NCBI RefSeq assembly: GCF_006345805.1
Contig: NC_043000.1
Coordinates: forward strand, 47,430,001 to 47,494,000
Reading direction: 5' to 3'
Origin: Octopus sinensis
Taxonomy: Eukaryota
Length of the DNA stretch: 64,000 bases
Shown: piece by piece, positions 1 to 13,771 of the stretch
How the letters are laid out: each line of letters starts with the position of its first letter
Numbering within the stretch: position 1 is the first letter of the stretch
Position numbers and translations under genes: made by a program
The notes under the pieces: model-generated
Told to the model about the DNA's origin: nothing
Databases searched by the model: none
What the model saw: the letters and a program-made list of their open reading frames with translations, nothing else

Positions 1-1060
1 GGATATCCCAGAAATAGCTGTCAGAAGCAGTATTTTACTAACTTTACCACCATTTGTCATGTAGCCAGATTAAATTGAATTAAATTAAATGTCCTTGCCA
101 TGTCTCAACTAATTATTTGCCTTTTCTCTCTGCTTTAACCTATAAAATTTATATATGTATGCATGCATTTATGTATGTATGTATGTATGTACGTTCGTAC
201 GTGCAAACATACATACATTCACAGACCCACACATACACTCATAAATGCATTCAGTTTCACCTGATGATCACAGTGACGTAAAACCCGACTGAAAAAATGA
301 ACTCTCTGCTTCAGCTTCAATAAACCAAGCCATATCCACAATAGCTTGTACTGAACACTCCTTTCTCATTCGTTCGCCATTAAGCTACGTAAGAGTATAT
401 TTATATAAGTGTGTATCTATTTCAGCGTGTTTGCGTGCGTGTTGTGGGTTATATTTTAATTTAAGTGACTAGTGTGATATTGATAGGAAGAATAATCGAT
501 ATGTGAATTTAGAATTTATCGATAAGAGGTATAGTCTACAAATATTATTGACGTGTAAAAGTTATGAACCATTTTTCATTTTAATATTTATTTATTAGTA
601 GAGTTGCAATATGTGATAAATGGACATAACTATGACACGTAGTCTTATTTTTAATAAGTCGCAATGGGTCAAAAAGATAGATGTTGGATATTATTAAACT
701 ACAATAAATTTATTTGTGCGTTTATAGAGGACATTTATCTATGTTGTATAATTATATAATATGTGAAATTGATAGGTCTAGCAGAAATTTCACTACTTCA
801 CTTATGGAATCTGTCCTACGTTAAGCTATTCAGATAGATCTTGTTTCATAAGTAAAAGGGACAGTAGTTTTGAAAAAGATTATTAATTTTAGTTTAAGCA
901 CCCAACAAATTTATGAGAATTTTGGGTTTTTACTAAACATTACTAAATTGATTTTGACTATGCCATTGCAAGACCTACGCCTTTATATGGTTCAGTAAAT
1001 CCACGTATGATTATACTCCTCTGGATTATTTGAGTAACTTTTTATATGTAATTTAATTAA

Positions 1061-1464
1061 TCTATATATATATATATAAAGCTGAAGTTGTCTGTGTGTG
1101 TGTGTATGTGTGTGTGCGTGTGTGGCAGGTTTGGTAGCCTTCAACTAACACTATCTCCTCCGAGACCCTGCGGCGCAAGTTGACCAAAATTGAGAGTGTG
1201 ATAGAAGAAGGCTTGCTCTTTATTCCGTAGAAGAAAAATTTCAAATCGAACCATGTTAAGGCCAAAAATTATTTACATCAAAAAGGTGCTTTTTTTCTAT
1301 GAAAATCCCTATTTGTTTACAATATTTTGACTACTGTGTCGCCACTTTTCGGTGTATTTCAACCAGAAAAATGTTCACTTGAAGAGAATAACAAGCTACA
1401 TAATGCCAAATTCCAATTCTAAAGGGTCGAAACAAACCCGAGCAACGGCGGGCTATACTGCTAC
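1061..1464 (+). mobile_element. Non-autonomous Helitron-like element
   Basis: Starts TC(TATA) after an A at 1060 and has an internal (TG)n tract. Ends with an imperfect hairpin cccgagcaacggcggg followed by tgCTAC and then T, matching the A|T target and CTRR-like end. Confidence 0.65.
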
Positions 1465-1821
1465 TCACTAACTATTCTTGTGTTAGGCTGATAACTCGTA
1501 GGCGAATATGACCGTCACTGACAAGTTACATCTCAGATATTAAAAATAATGGAAGTCAGTAATGCCCGTGCTGAAATTTAAAGTTAATAACAATTTGTTA
1601 AACATCACCAAAACTCTCACGAAAGAAAAGCCATTCAGAGGTTATTTTTTTCATACTGCAAGGTGTACATTCAAAACCGCTCTCCTTACAAAGCAAGCTG
1701 AGTAGAGTTCCTAGTTTAACCACTGACGGTGCGACCATGCAACACGTTGTAGTAAGTAATATGTTAGTAGCATAAAGAGAACCCTGACATACGTTCACAT
1801 CTACAAAGACGCGCAAACTGA

Positions 1822-1891
<70 letters not shown>

Positions 1892-2237
1892 GTATTTATC
1901 TATGATGAACGTCTACGCGTATTACAGAGGAGGCAAATAGCCAGCATGAGCAAACGCGCATGGTATAAATTGCAACATTTGTTTATCGTGATTTTTAAAA
2001 ATATTTGTTCTGTACAGCTTAATAAATAATATTATTAAGCGCAACAGCAACCAGAGGATTTTAATAGATGATGATATAATGTGTGGAACGATAAATTTAC
2101 CAGATGTCGTTGCATATTCAAATTTACTAAATGCAGACACAGTAACTATTATACATACGTATGTACACACACGTTTATACACACATATAATAAACAGCAA
2201 CAACGTCACTTCCAGGACAGCCATATTATGTTGGCAA

Positions 2238-2285
<48 letters not shown>

Positions 2286-2825
2286 AGTGTACACGCAGAT
2301 ACTACTCAGCTATAGACTTTGACTCAAGCGATCAAACCTGTTTGTATGTGTTATTATATTAAATTTTGAGATCGCATATGATTGAATAGAGGATTTTCAT
2401 CTTATTTATGCAGGACAATTCCAAAACCAGTAGACGAAAAGTAACAAAAATAAATGGTACTGATTTGAAAAATAAAAAAGTAACCATAGAACCATTTAGT
2501 TACACAATAGCTAAAGCAATCATCTTGTTATGTATAAAATCTAATAATTATCTATTTTTAATAGACTGGATGAAAGTGTGGAAAATGTATCTGGAGTTTA
2601 AATATTTCTTTGGACTTATATTAGCAATTATATCATACTCTACATTAAAAGATCTAACGGTTGCATTAATATAAACTATAAATATCAAATTTAATATACA
2701 GTAAAATCTATTTGCCAACGTAAATTGGCAGTCCTCATTAGGACGATGTTACTACATTTTTCTCGCTCAGAGATTTAAAACTAACTGTTTTCCTCCTTAA
2801 ATTTAATATAACTTGCCTTGAAATA

Positions 2826-3090
2826 CAGCAATTTTTCGCCATATCGCGGTTCACCTACCGCGGTTTATTATTTAAGTTTGCGTCGGTTCCTCTTTGATGT
2901 TTTGCCTTTATGATAAAATAAGTATATACAAATTATATAGAATTATATAGAAATTTTAAAATTATATAGAAATATAGAAATTTTAAAAAAGAAAATACAG
3001 TACAAAACTGTTTCTACTACACGGATTTTCGCCTACCGCGGGGGGGGGGAGAATTGGAACGTAACGCCCGCGATAGTCGACGGATTACTG
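2826..3090. mobile_element. Tigger/pogo-like MITE
   Basis: TA on both flanks; imperfect TIRs CAGCAATTTTTCGCCATATCGCGG and revcomp CAGTAATCCGTCGACTATCGCGGG. Confidence 0.75.
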
Positions 3091-3127
3091 TATATCCACA
3101 TACTTAAAATACGTGAAATATGTAATC

Positions 3128-3164
<37 letters not shown>

Positions 3165-3499
3165 AATGTCCACCTTTTCATGCTTTCTTGCGTTGAGTAG
3201 AGTTTATTGTAGCAGATTTTCTATGCCCGAATTGCCTTCCTCTCGTCAACCCGCCCTTGTTCCTAAGTAAGTTAATATTTGCCCTCAGCCAGATATGTTT
3301 TTACAGAATACTGAAAATTAATGTTAACGCTTGCATAACAGTATCGCTTGTTTATAAATCTCACGGGATATCAAGACATGGAGACAGTAATATACACACA
3401 TTCATCACGTGTATACACACACACGCATACGCACGCACACATACACATACATACACATATATAAACATATACATGTTTCTCTGTGTGTGAATACATATG

Positions 3500-3648
3500 C
3501 ATGCATAAGACTGGTTTCTCCCAGTCCCTGCGTACGAAATCTACTCACAAGATATAGCAGAAGACACTTGCCCAACTTGTCATGCTCTTCGACTGAACCG
3601 AAACCGTATAACTGGGAAGAAAACTTCTTACCGCATAGCTGCGCCTGT
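3500..3648 (-). mobile_element. tRNA-derived SINE family 1, 5' fragment
   Basis: Degenerate match to the head of the complete copy at 55581-56003 (gaagacacttgcccaa). Confidence 0.6.
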
Positions 3649-3714
3649 GTCATAAATATATATATCTTTGCATCTTTGGCTAGCTACAAATGCGTTTAAA
3701 AGTAGAAGGAATGC

Positions 3715-3900
3715 CATACAGAATTAAATTGAAGCTACTAGAGCGGCTTGGAACAAACCTCAACGGAAACAGACGATACAAATTTTGGTTGGCCGAGGAG
3801 CAGAGATCCTAAAAAATACGCTTGACACGCTTGACCTAGCGGCTTGTTAAAATCCAAAAGGGAAAACTTTTAGTCGGTGCCCTCACGAGAGAAAATTCAT
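3715..3900 (+). mobile_element. RLE-type (R4/Dong-like) LINE ORF C-terminal remnant
   Basis: Frameshifted KLLERLG...TIQILVGRGAEILKNTL, resembling the R4/Dong C-terminus QKIxLLGTAxILRKxL. Confidence 0.4.
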
Positions 3901-4406
3901 GTTGTAGATATAGAGTTCCCCGTTTGCTTCTAAAAGAACGATCATCATACATAAAGTGACACTTTACGGACACAACTGGAACGAAATAACTCCATCTCAC
4001 CCAGAAGAGGTTTTCGCTTCCAAGTATTTCGTTTCAGGAGTATTTTTCGCAACCCTGGCTGACCAAGACAGCATTCTTACCTTCATTAGTAATGAGGTTA
4101 TGTCCCTCCAGCCAGCACGTCTGGTAGATCACACTCAGTTAAGAGGATAATTTGCGCGAAACAAATCGTAACATTCAGACCAGCCATAATCAAAGACTAC
4201 ATTAAATATTACTGCTTAAAAGATTCTTTAGAGTGAGTTTTTCTTCCGATGTATAACAACAGACCGATGTGTGTGTACTTATAGGGATACGTATATATAT
4301 ATATATATATAATAATAATAAATATTAGGGAATAAATCCAAATTTACAGGGAAAAAAATCAGATTTAGGATTAAATCCAATTTTATAGTAAAATATTATA
4401 AAATAT

Positions 4407-4456
4407 TATTAGAGACAAAACCACTATTTTGCAAAATAGTGGTTTTGTCTCTAATA
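4407..4456. repeat. Perfect 50-bp palindrome
   Basis: tattagagacaaaaccactattttg|caaaatagtggttttgtctctaata; 25-bp arms, no spacer. Confidence 0.95.
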
Positions 4457-4499
<43 letters not shown>

Positions 4500-4594
4500 A
4501 CAAAGGGTAAAATTAATTAATTAAGAAGTAATCAATAATTTCACCAAGTAGAATTCGGCATGAAAAAAGGACCATTTCATGGTAAACTTGAGTA

Positions 4595-4778
4595 ATACTT
4601 AATAATTAGGGTTCAGCAAAGATTTGCTTTACCACACATCGAAGTTTAGAAATAGTTACTTTCTTCCTCTCTGCCTGTGTAGATTGTTTTCAAGTAATAG
4701 CTGACGTTTTTTGGCTGCTATTTCTAAACTTCGGTATGTGGTAAAGCAAATCTTTGCTGAACCCTAATTATTAAGTAT
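4595..4778. repeat. Fold-back inverted repeat, 61-bp arms, 62-nt spacer
   Basis: 4595-4655 is the reverse complement of 4718-4778 with 2 mismatches. Confidence 0.95.
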
Positions 4779-4957
4779 ATATATATATGCGTGTAAGCAT
4801 GTATGTGTATCAATAGAATTACCAGAGATTTCAAGTGATTATCCTCAGGCCCTGATGTTAAAATTGTGCCGAACGAAATTTAACTCTCATCTTTCTGTGA
4901 TCGATAGTGCAATGAAACTAATGCAAAATATTTAATAGTTCAATAACAAACACACAC

Positions 4958-5475
4958 GCGCACATGTTGGACACCGTCTGCGAGAAACACAGCACCATAA
5001 CGCAACTCGCTCTGCCAGAAATTTGGAAACGACATGCTGTACTGCTTGGCATTCGCGCCAGACGCTCCAATACGTACAGATGATAAAAGCACAGAACAAC
5101 CGTTTTCTTGCCGTGTCCCCAAAATATGTACCGAGAGTGATAAAAATCAAACATCCGGTCAAGATCATGGTGTTTCCCACACAGCCGGAGACTCAACATG
5201 GAGGTCTACATCAAGTGCCTAGAAGAGGTAGTGCTGCCCTGGATCAAGAGAGTGTCTGCTGGAAGACCCCTATCTCTGGCAACAGGACTCTGCAACAAGC
5301 AAGAGAACCCAGTCATGGCTGTCAGATAATTTCTGCGATCACATCACCCTTTACATCTGGCCACCTAATTCCCCAGACTGCATTTTCCTTGATTATTATG
5401 TGTGCAGTACAGTTGAGCGAGAGACCAAGAAAACACATTTGTAACAACACAGAAGATGAACTAAAGGCAAGCGTT
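4958..5475 (+). mobile_element. DD37D (maT) Tc1/mariner internal-deletion derivative
   Basis: N-terminus LPEIWKRHAVLLGIRA joined to KIKHPVKIMVF, then VYIKCLEEVVLPWIKRV..WQQDSA..WPPNSPDCIFLDYYV, with frameshifts. Confidence 0.85.
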
Positions 5476-6639
5476 GTGGCAACATTCGCCGTATATGTGT
5501 ATATGTATGTGTGAGTGTGTGTACGCGCGCGTATATATATGTGTGTGTGTGTGCTTGTGTGCATGTATGCGTATATGTATGCGTGTATGTATGTATGTAT
5601 GTATGTATGTATGAGTGAGTGTATGTATATATGTATATAGATATATACACACACACAGACAAACAAATACACACGCACACACACACACACATATACACAC
5701 ACGTTGGCATGAAAGGCTTCATTATTCTTAAACGAAAACTTATCATGTCGAAGTCTTCTCTTTTGCAAGCAACAGATTAGATTAAATGTTGCCGAAGTAA
5801 CATTTTCGTAAAGATCACACATACTGCTTAATGCAAGTAACAATTTTCTTTCGTTTACAACGTATTAATAATCATGTACGTGTGTGCATGTGTGTGCCAA
5901 CATGCGTATGTGTGTTCGTGTGCGTCCGTGTGTATATGTGTTCGTGCGTGTGTATATGTATTTGTGGGTGTGCGTGTGGGTTCTGAAATAATCAAGTAAT
6001 TGTGTTGCTTCATTTTTCAATCAATAATCCATAGAATAAAAGGCAAGCACCAGCCTTTGAGTTCAAATAAGGGCGTGTTCTCTTATTGAAAAGGTTATCA
6101 TAGCATACTGCAGTAATAATGCTGCAGTTAAATCTACTACAAGCTTTGTAATTTTCTTCTGCTTCTTCCAGAAAACTGCATTCAATGTTTTCGCCTTTTA
6201 TTTCTTTATCTTAACACCTTCACACTTTCATGTTGTTTGTCATTGAAAAATAATTTCTCTCTTTCTTGTTCTCCTTCCCCCTAACCCTCTTTCTATTTTT
6301 CTATCTGCCTACCTATCCATCTTTCAATATGTCTGTCTTTTCCTTCATTGTAGCAAGTACACGCTTTTTTTTTTTTTCATATATTTCTTACGTTCAACCT
6401 TTCTTCTGTTTCAATGAAAAGCCGTGTTTATTTTGCAACACCTTTCATTCTCCCATGTTCTTCCCACTTCCGTAAGTGTCTGATATTCAATCCCCCCATT
6501 ATTCCCTGCAACTACCAGTAATCCGACTGAATCTGTATTCATTGCTATAACCAATTATACCGATGTGTGAATGTGAACATGTGAGTGTATTTGTAAGCAT
6601 ATATGTGTATGAATATATATGTGTATACGTGTACATGAG

Positions 6640-6642
6640 TGA

Positions 6643-6694
<52 letters not shown>

Positions 6695-6754
6695 CTGTGT
6701 GTGTGTGTGTGCGCGTGTATGAATACATGAATATGCATGAATATATAAATATGC

Positions 6755-6802
<48 letters not shown>

Positions 6803-6917
6803 ATATATATATATATTATATGTATATATATATATATATATGCATATATATATATATATATATATATGCATATATATGTGTGTATACATATACATATATA
6901 TATATATGTATATATGC

Positions 6918-6968
<51 letters not shown>

Positions 6969-7160
6969 TATAAATATACACACCTATATACACGCACACA
7001 CACATGCATATACCTTTTCATTTATTTTCGAGAACATACGATTGTAACATACGCATGTATATGTGAATGCGTGTGTGTGTGTGTGAAAGAGAGAGAGAAA
7101 GTGAGAGAGAGAGAGAGAAAGCGAGAGAGAGAGAGAGAAAGCGAGAGAGAGAGAGAGAGC
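6640..7160. repeat. Compound (TA)n/(TG)n/(GA)n microsatellite tract
   Basis: Seen directly; source of the (YI)n and (ER)n ORFs. Confidence 0.95.
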
Positions 7161-7696
7161 GTATGTGTGAATTGTAAAGTGATAAAAGTAACATTTCCCT
7201 TCATATCTATGTTTGCATTCATTTCATTTTTCGTTCTTCCTCTAGAAGTTCATTACATCTGAAACGAATTCAGGCTAGATTCCAGATTATATTCTGAAAT
7301 GATATCTTTCAGTAGAAAGGCAGAACTTAGTAGCATGTCGATAGATTTTTCTGGGTTTTTTTTTTATAGGTGAATATAAGACCTTATATTACATTTGTGT
7401 TACTGAGAGATCAAATACTTGCCTGGAACATGCTGCATTCCCAATTTGAGAAAATAACACATATAATAGTTTAAGCACGCATATATATGTGCGTGTGCGT
7501 TGAAGGAGTGATTTAGTTGCTTCTTGTTTGAAAAGAAATTGGAGTAGTGATCGAATCTTCAGTTGAAAATGTCAGGCAGAAAACGATATTGAGTTGATAT
7601 ATTATTGTACTGAGTATCTTGTCTTTCATTCATAAACTGTAAGATGTGTGTAGATAACATATGAGTGTGTGTGAGTATCTGTAACCATATGTGAAT

Positions 7697-7860
7697 CGTT
7701 GCCGATTTTCTTCCTCTGTCTTCCCTTCTATTGGGCTTTCCTCTGTTTCAGAAGAGGAGCGTCTGCTCGAAACGTTAAACCATCTTTCTTTCCTTCCCTG
7801 AGCGTCTGCTAGTATTTTACATTTACCACGTCCTCGCTTCGTTGTATTTTGTTTGTTCTT
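7697..7860 (+). mobile_element. PLE-like pseudo-LTR fragment with degenerate minimal hammerhead motif (7745-7780)
   Basis: GTTT-CAGAAGA-G-GAGC gtct GCTC-GAAA-C-GTT-AAAC; homologous to 35372-35490. Core U4 is changed to A. Confidence 0.55.
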
Positions 7861-7872
7861 GTTGGGATTTAC

Positions 7873-7917
<45 letters not shown>

Positions 7918-7951
7918 TTGTGGGTATAGTTCATGCGTGTGTATATAAATT

Positions 7952-8016
<65 letters not shown>

Positions 8017-8163
8017 ATTAGGAAGTTAAATGTTATCATGTTATCACAGAGTGACTATTGGTTTCGTACCTATAAAGTGCTTAACACTATAGGCGATTTG
8101 TCAGACTTAAATAACCGACGGATGTATATATATATATATATAATATAATATAATATATATATA

Positions 8164-8550
8164 TTCTTTTATTCTTTTACTTGTTTCTCTCACTTTTACT
8201 GGGGCCATGCTGGAGCACCACCTTCAAGAGTTTTAGTCGAATAAGTCGACCTAAGGATTAAATATTTTAAAGCGTACTACTTACTCTATCGAATGTTTTT
8301 GCCCAAGCGGTAAGTTAGGGGACCTAACCTCACCGCCACTCTTTTCAAACGGTGATGGTGAGAACAAACACTGTCACACAATCATACATGCATGCACACA
8401 CGTGCGCGCACGCACACACACACACAAACGCACATATATATGATGGCCTTCTTTCAGATTCCATCTAGCAAAATCACTCAAACGTCTTTGGTCGTCTCGA
8501 GGCTATAGTAGAAGACATTTTCCCAAGGTACCACGCAGTGGACTGAACAC
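8164..8550 (-). mobile_element. SINE family 1, degenerate copy
   Basis: Tail ttcttttacttgtttc..gccatgctggagcacc and head ggctatagtagaagacattttcccaagg. Confidence 0.75.
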
Positions 8551-8563
8551 ACTCAGCTATACC

Positions 8564-8595
<32 letters not shown>

Positions 8596-9039
8596 TGCAT
8601 ATAAGAGAGAGGCACGCAAGATATTGCCAAAATGTGTTCTGTATGGCGTGTGCTGATGAGTAAATCAAACACTCATACTTTTCACCCTTTCATTCATTTG
8701 ACTTTGCTTATGCTGGCTCTCCTCCGTGAACGAATCGATCTAACTACATTTTTCAAAGTCTCGTACATATTCTATTATTCTCTTATTCTTTTCTGCCAAA
8801 CCACTAGGGTGTTGAAGTTTAAACAAACCGACATCAGTTGTTAGGCAGTGAAAGGGAAAACACTAAGACACGCACATAGATAGATAATTATAAGACGGTC
8901 TTCTACATTTTCCGTCGAGGAAATTAAATCTCAAATCATTGATAGTCTCGGAGCTATAGTAAAAGACATTTGTCAAACGTACATTGCAGTGCGTCTGAAT
9001 CACGTGATTGTGAATAAAATTTCATAACCTGTTATATAT

Positions 9040-9379
<340 letters not shown>

Positions 9380-9444
9380 GTATGTATTCTTTTACTCTTT
9401 TACTCGTATCAGCCATGCACCCGTGGGCATGCTGGAGCACCATG

Positions 9445-10140
9445 GTCTTTCTGACTTCCTCACTCTGGGTGTTTCACATCACCACTCCTGTATGTGCCTT
9501 TATCCCAGCTGTTGCTACATTTGGTATTTAAGGGAGTTTGATTCCGTTACCCTCGTCTGTACCTCATGTTGGACTGTTGGTTCCTCCGGTATTGTAGAGT
9601 GGAGGATGTCTGCTTTCTTTTTGAAGATATCTACTTTCACCCTATGCAAATTTATTAATTTTTCTGGCAGGGCATTCAAGAGTTGTGGGCCTTTGAACCC
9701 TAGACTATTGCAGTACCTGGTCCTTAATTTAGATGGAGTGGATGGTACCTTTGGTACAATAGAATGGCGGCCAGTTCTGGCATTTGTATAACTCTCAATG
9801 TCAAAGTTAGGTACTAGCCCTTCAAGGATTTTCCATATGTATACTATTGCATATCTCTCACGCCTTCGCTCCAGGGAGTAAAGATATAGTCTTCTCAGCC
9901 TACCCTTGTAGCTCATCCGCTGCACTGCTTCAATCTTTTTATTGTGGTGGCGTTGGAGTGCTTCAAGCTCCGCTGTTGGTTTGGCACTATGTGGTGACCA
10001 CAACTAGCAACAGTAGTCCAGGCGGCTGAGAACGAAGTTTCTCTACATATCAACATAGTTTCTTGGTCTCTTGGTTGAGGACCTCAGTATCCATTTTACC
10101 TGTTGTCTGCTCTTCCTACTAACTTACTAATGTGCATATG
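9445..10140 (-). mobile_element. CR1/L2-group LINE, 3' end of ORF2
   Basis: RNFVLSRLDYCC.LWSPH..LEALQR..LYLYSLERRRERYAIVYIWKILEGLVPN: the post-RT C-terminal signature. Confidence 0.85.
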
Positions 10141-10372
10141 AAATGATGCGTCATTGCAAATACTGATCCACTAGTCTTTCACTGCCTGAGCCTCTGGAAT
10201 GGTAGTGCCATCGGGGTCTGTAAATGTAGATTGTACTGTATTCGTGAGTTGATAGTCCAATGAATGTTAATTACTCTCATAAAAAGCTCCAACTAGCTCA
10301 TAAACAACAAAACTAATTCGAGCTGAAATGGGATAAGAAACTTAGCTCTTAATGTAGTGAGAAATTTTTACT

Positions 10373-10403
10373 GCGACCTGGCAACGCCGGGTCATAGTGC
10401 TAG
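10373..10403 (+). mobile_element. Helitron-like 3' terminus
   Basis: Hairpin gacctggc-aac-gccgggtc followed by atagtgCTAG and T; the 5' end was not located. Confidence 0.65.
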
Positions 10404-10418
10404 TATATAAATATATAT

Positions 10419-10462
<44 letters not shown>

Positions 10463-10503
10463 ATATATATAATATATATATATATATTATATATATATAT
10501 ATC

Positions 10504-10538
<35 letters not shown>

Positions 10539-10579
10539 AAAACTGATAAGCAAATCACAGCTAAGAGACTGACCAACTG

Positions 10580-11100
10580 AAATGTTATGAATGACATCAA
10601 TAGACATGCCAAACAAATCACCACTATAAACTTGGACTCAACATCAATAGAGATCCTATTGCAGTTAAAGCCCTATACGTGTTTCCATATTGGAGAGATT
10701 TATAAATGCATTCTAGAGATAATTAAACCAAAACTTTGCGTCGTTTCATCTCAAGAATTAAGTATGAAACATTACTCTATCACAGAATATTTCTGATCCC
10801 AAACACAAAACCAATTCCAAGTTCTAACAATCTGAATTCAATGAGCATTAATCATCTGTATCTAAAGAACTGTTAGATGATGTTGTTAAATTTGCTAAAT
10901 TATGAACTAATAGCAAAGAATTTGAAACTGAAATCATCCTCCACGCATCTATATCTAAGACATTTGAATTTAAAATGAAAGAACATTCTAAAACCTGACA
11001 TTCTACATTAGCAATGAGATTAAAAATTCAGCCGAATCCGTTGATATTGTCGATTTATATATATATATATCGAAACTCAAATTTAAAGTTTCTCTCCTTA
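10580..11100 (+). mobile_element. Penelope-like element RT remnant
   Basis: Decayed frames KF*QSEFNEH*SSVSKELLDDVVKFAK..EIILHA..NSAESVDIVDLYI resemble PLE RT FxQFDIxEFYPSI..LL..A.FA..II.H..DGAExCELVGLYI. Confidence 0.55.
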
Positions 11101-12374
11101 AGTAAACTTAATCCTCAATAAAGAAACAGAATCCAGAAAAATCTGGTCAGTGAGCTACAAATAACTATACAACCTAATATTATCGCTATCAGATTCCTGA
11201 TTTCACCCTGAACCTTAACAATCCCTTATATTAATCTTAGGGCAAATGTATTGTATTTCTATTTTACATTCATAATCATTAAACTATCCTAACAATATAA
11301 CAAATAACCTTTTGAAGAATATGCCTCAGAAGTTGTGTAAATTTCTTGAAAATCAACAATTTTAATAAATGTCTTCCAATTAGTATAATGAAATTCTCCT
11401 TTGTTGTATCTCTCCGGAGATAATTAGGTACACCATAAATACGAAGAGAACCAAAACTATTAATAGGAAAATACAAATCTATTTTGTGGTCTTCTGTACA
11501 ACTCAGCTGAGCAACACTTATTGCAGAATTCATTTCCTCCCACAATCCAAATACTGCAAGAACATTTAAACATTACTACAAAACTTCATATTCAGCTGCT
11601 TGTAATTTCGTACAAAACCTTGCTAATTTCAAATGTGTCGACTCGATCATCAGCAGCTGCAGCTGCATAAGTTTCCTGTGATAAATTATATTTAATTTTG
11701 TAATTAATACAGAAAATTCAATTTTGAAGATACCCTACATCAGGCAAATTTAGAAAGTAATTTCATATTCTTACCTGTGTTACTTAAAATTTAGGGACCA
11801 CCAGCATGTTATTAGTCATTCTGCAACCAGAATAGATAAGATGACAACCACTATCGAAATTTATATGGAAACTAGTAGCAAGATACATCCATTTAAAATG
11901 GACGATCAAATTTAACGCTTGTCTTCTTTGCACAACTGAATGTCTTAAGACCTTATTTGTCTAACGACTGCTTCTGACTCGGTACTCAAGAAGTATGTAT
12001 TCTCACCCACAAAAAAAAACTGACAAAAATGTTTAAAATCTGCTATATTCTAATCTGTAAACTTGATTATTACACATTTATATATATATATACCCTGAAC
12101 ATTTTGCTTAGAAAACATTCAAGCTATTTAAGCATTTTCACCTAAGTAGCAACAGATTAAGGTATTGGCTTGGTTGTTTAATTACGAGAGCCAAGCACTT
12201 ATGCTGCATCATATTTCCTTACCTAATTGAATATTTGTGCACATATTCGTACACTCATATACACACACACGCATACACGCGCACACACGCAGATTAAATA
12301 CATATATATGCTTATATGCGTGTATGTGCGTGTATGTGTATATGTGTAAGAATATGTATGTATATGTGTATTAC

Positions 12375-12425
<51 letters not shown>

Positions 12426-12465
12426 TGTATATGTGTGTGTGGGTATATATATATATATATAATTT

Positions 12466-12790
12466 CATTTAATTTGCTTTACGCGGGAAGGAATGTTTCA
12501 ATAAAGTCATGTATCGCCTTCATCTTCGAAACGTGGAGTAGATGAAACAAAGGCGACTGAAGAAGGGGAATTTTCCTTGTATTGTATGTCCTGTACTCTA
12601 TTTTTTCGTTGTTTAAGAAAAATGTCCATTTCCTTGGTTTTGTGTTTATGTTTTCGTTTCTCATTGTGTTCGACGTTTTTTTTGTGTGTCCTGTACCCAT
12701 ATATGCATGTATATATACATGTAGAGGTAGGTACGTACATATATGTATATATACATATGTTTTATTTATTTATTAATTTATATATATATA
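12466..12790 (+). mobile_element. PLE-like pseudo-LTR repeat (family of 26432-28395)
   Basis: Shares gtgtcctgtac..catgtatatatacatgtag..ggtacgtacatatatg and cttcgaaacgtggagtagat with the 26.4-28.4 kb cluster. Confidence 0.6.
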
Positions 12791-12829
12791 CATATACCCA
12801 CACATAAACACACACACACACATATATAC

Positions 12830-12865
<36 letters not shown>

Positions 12866-13239
12866 ATGTGTTTAAAAAACGTAGAGGTAACACACGAGTA
12901 AGTAGATATTTATGAAAAAGAAAAACGAAATGCTACTTTTAAAAAATTTTGTACATTTGAATTTCTTTAGTCACTGAACTATTCATCGACACCTGCGTGC
13001 CATTAGAAATTCAGCAAATTGACTAATTGGCTTCCTCACAAACTTTCCAAGTTTAATCGCTCGCAGAGAGTGATTGTGTGCTTTTCTTTGCTGTCACTTC
13101 TCACAAACGAACCTTTTTTTGACTGAATAGTGACTGTTGCGAGAAATGATTCCTCTCTAAAAATGTCAATATCTGAAGACAGTGGGTAGAGAAAGGTGAA
13201 ACACGGGTACCCAAGGTTAAAGAATGTCTTCACCTAAAT

Positions 13240-13771
13240 AAGGTGTTTTATCTGTTTAATCCACTTTGACCTTGTCAACCTAAATCAAACGATAGCAAAG
13301 GAGATTTTCTGCAAGCAGCTTGAGCGGTCGGTTTAAGTCAGGGCTAGAAAAAGAAAAAAACCAACCATCTTTGATTTCAAGACGAAAGTTGTTCTTCCAT
13401 CAGAATAATGCTTGGCTACATACAGTAAGGATGACATTCCAAAAGCTGGAGCAGTTTGAATGGGAAACGATGCCCCACCCACCATATTCGCCGGACATTG
13501 CCCCCATCTGATTATCATTTATTCTGCAGTCTTCAAAATCATTTGGACAGAAAATATATGAATTCTCTAGATGAGGCCAGAACAGTACTGGAGTAGTATT
13601 TTTTGTCACAGACAAGTGAATTTTGGAAGAGGGGTCTTGCAAGTCTACCAGACAGATGGAAGAACATTGTAGAAAATGAAGGAAAGTATATTTTAGTTTG
13701 AAAAAGAACTTTATATTAATGTCGAAAAATAAAAGATTTAAAAACCGCATTACCTATGGGATGACTCAATA
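13240..13771 (+). mobile_element. DD34D mariner, 3' fragment with right TIR
   Basis: FHQNNAW.H..WETMPHPPYSPDIAP(S)DYHLF; TIR aaaaccgcattacctatgggatgactcaa then TA. Confidence 0.9.

Noticed and set aside
251-296. Hammerhead-like ttcagt..CTGATGA-TCAC a GTGA-cGTAAA..actgaa
   Set aside because: GAAA is interrupted and no stem III or NUH triplet can be placed.
1713-1740. SLTTDGATM, similar to the hAT transposase TTDGA motif
   Set aside because: A five-residue match with no supporting flanking motifs.
11475-11553. Minus-strand IWIVGG..SAELY....NRF kelch-like peptide after a good acceptor
   Set aside because: Single repeat with F in place of the conserved W, a weak donor, and an upstream spliceable segment (11775-11820) that has stops in all frames; a decayed repeat or chance is as likely.
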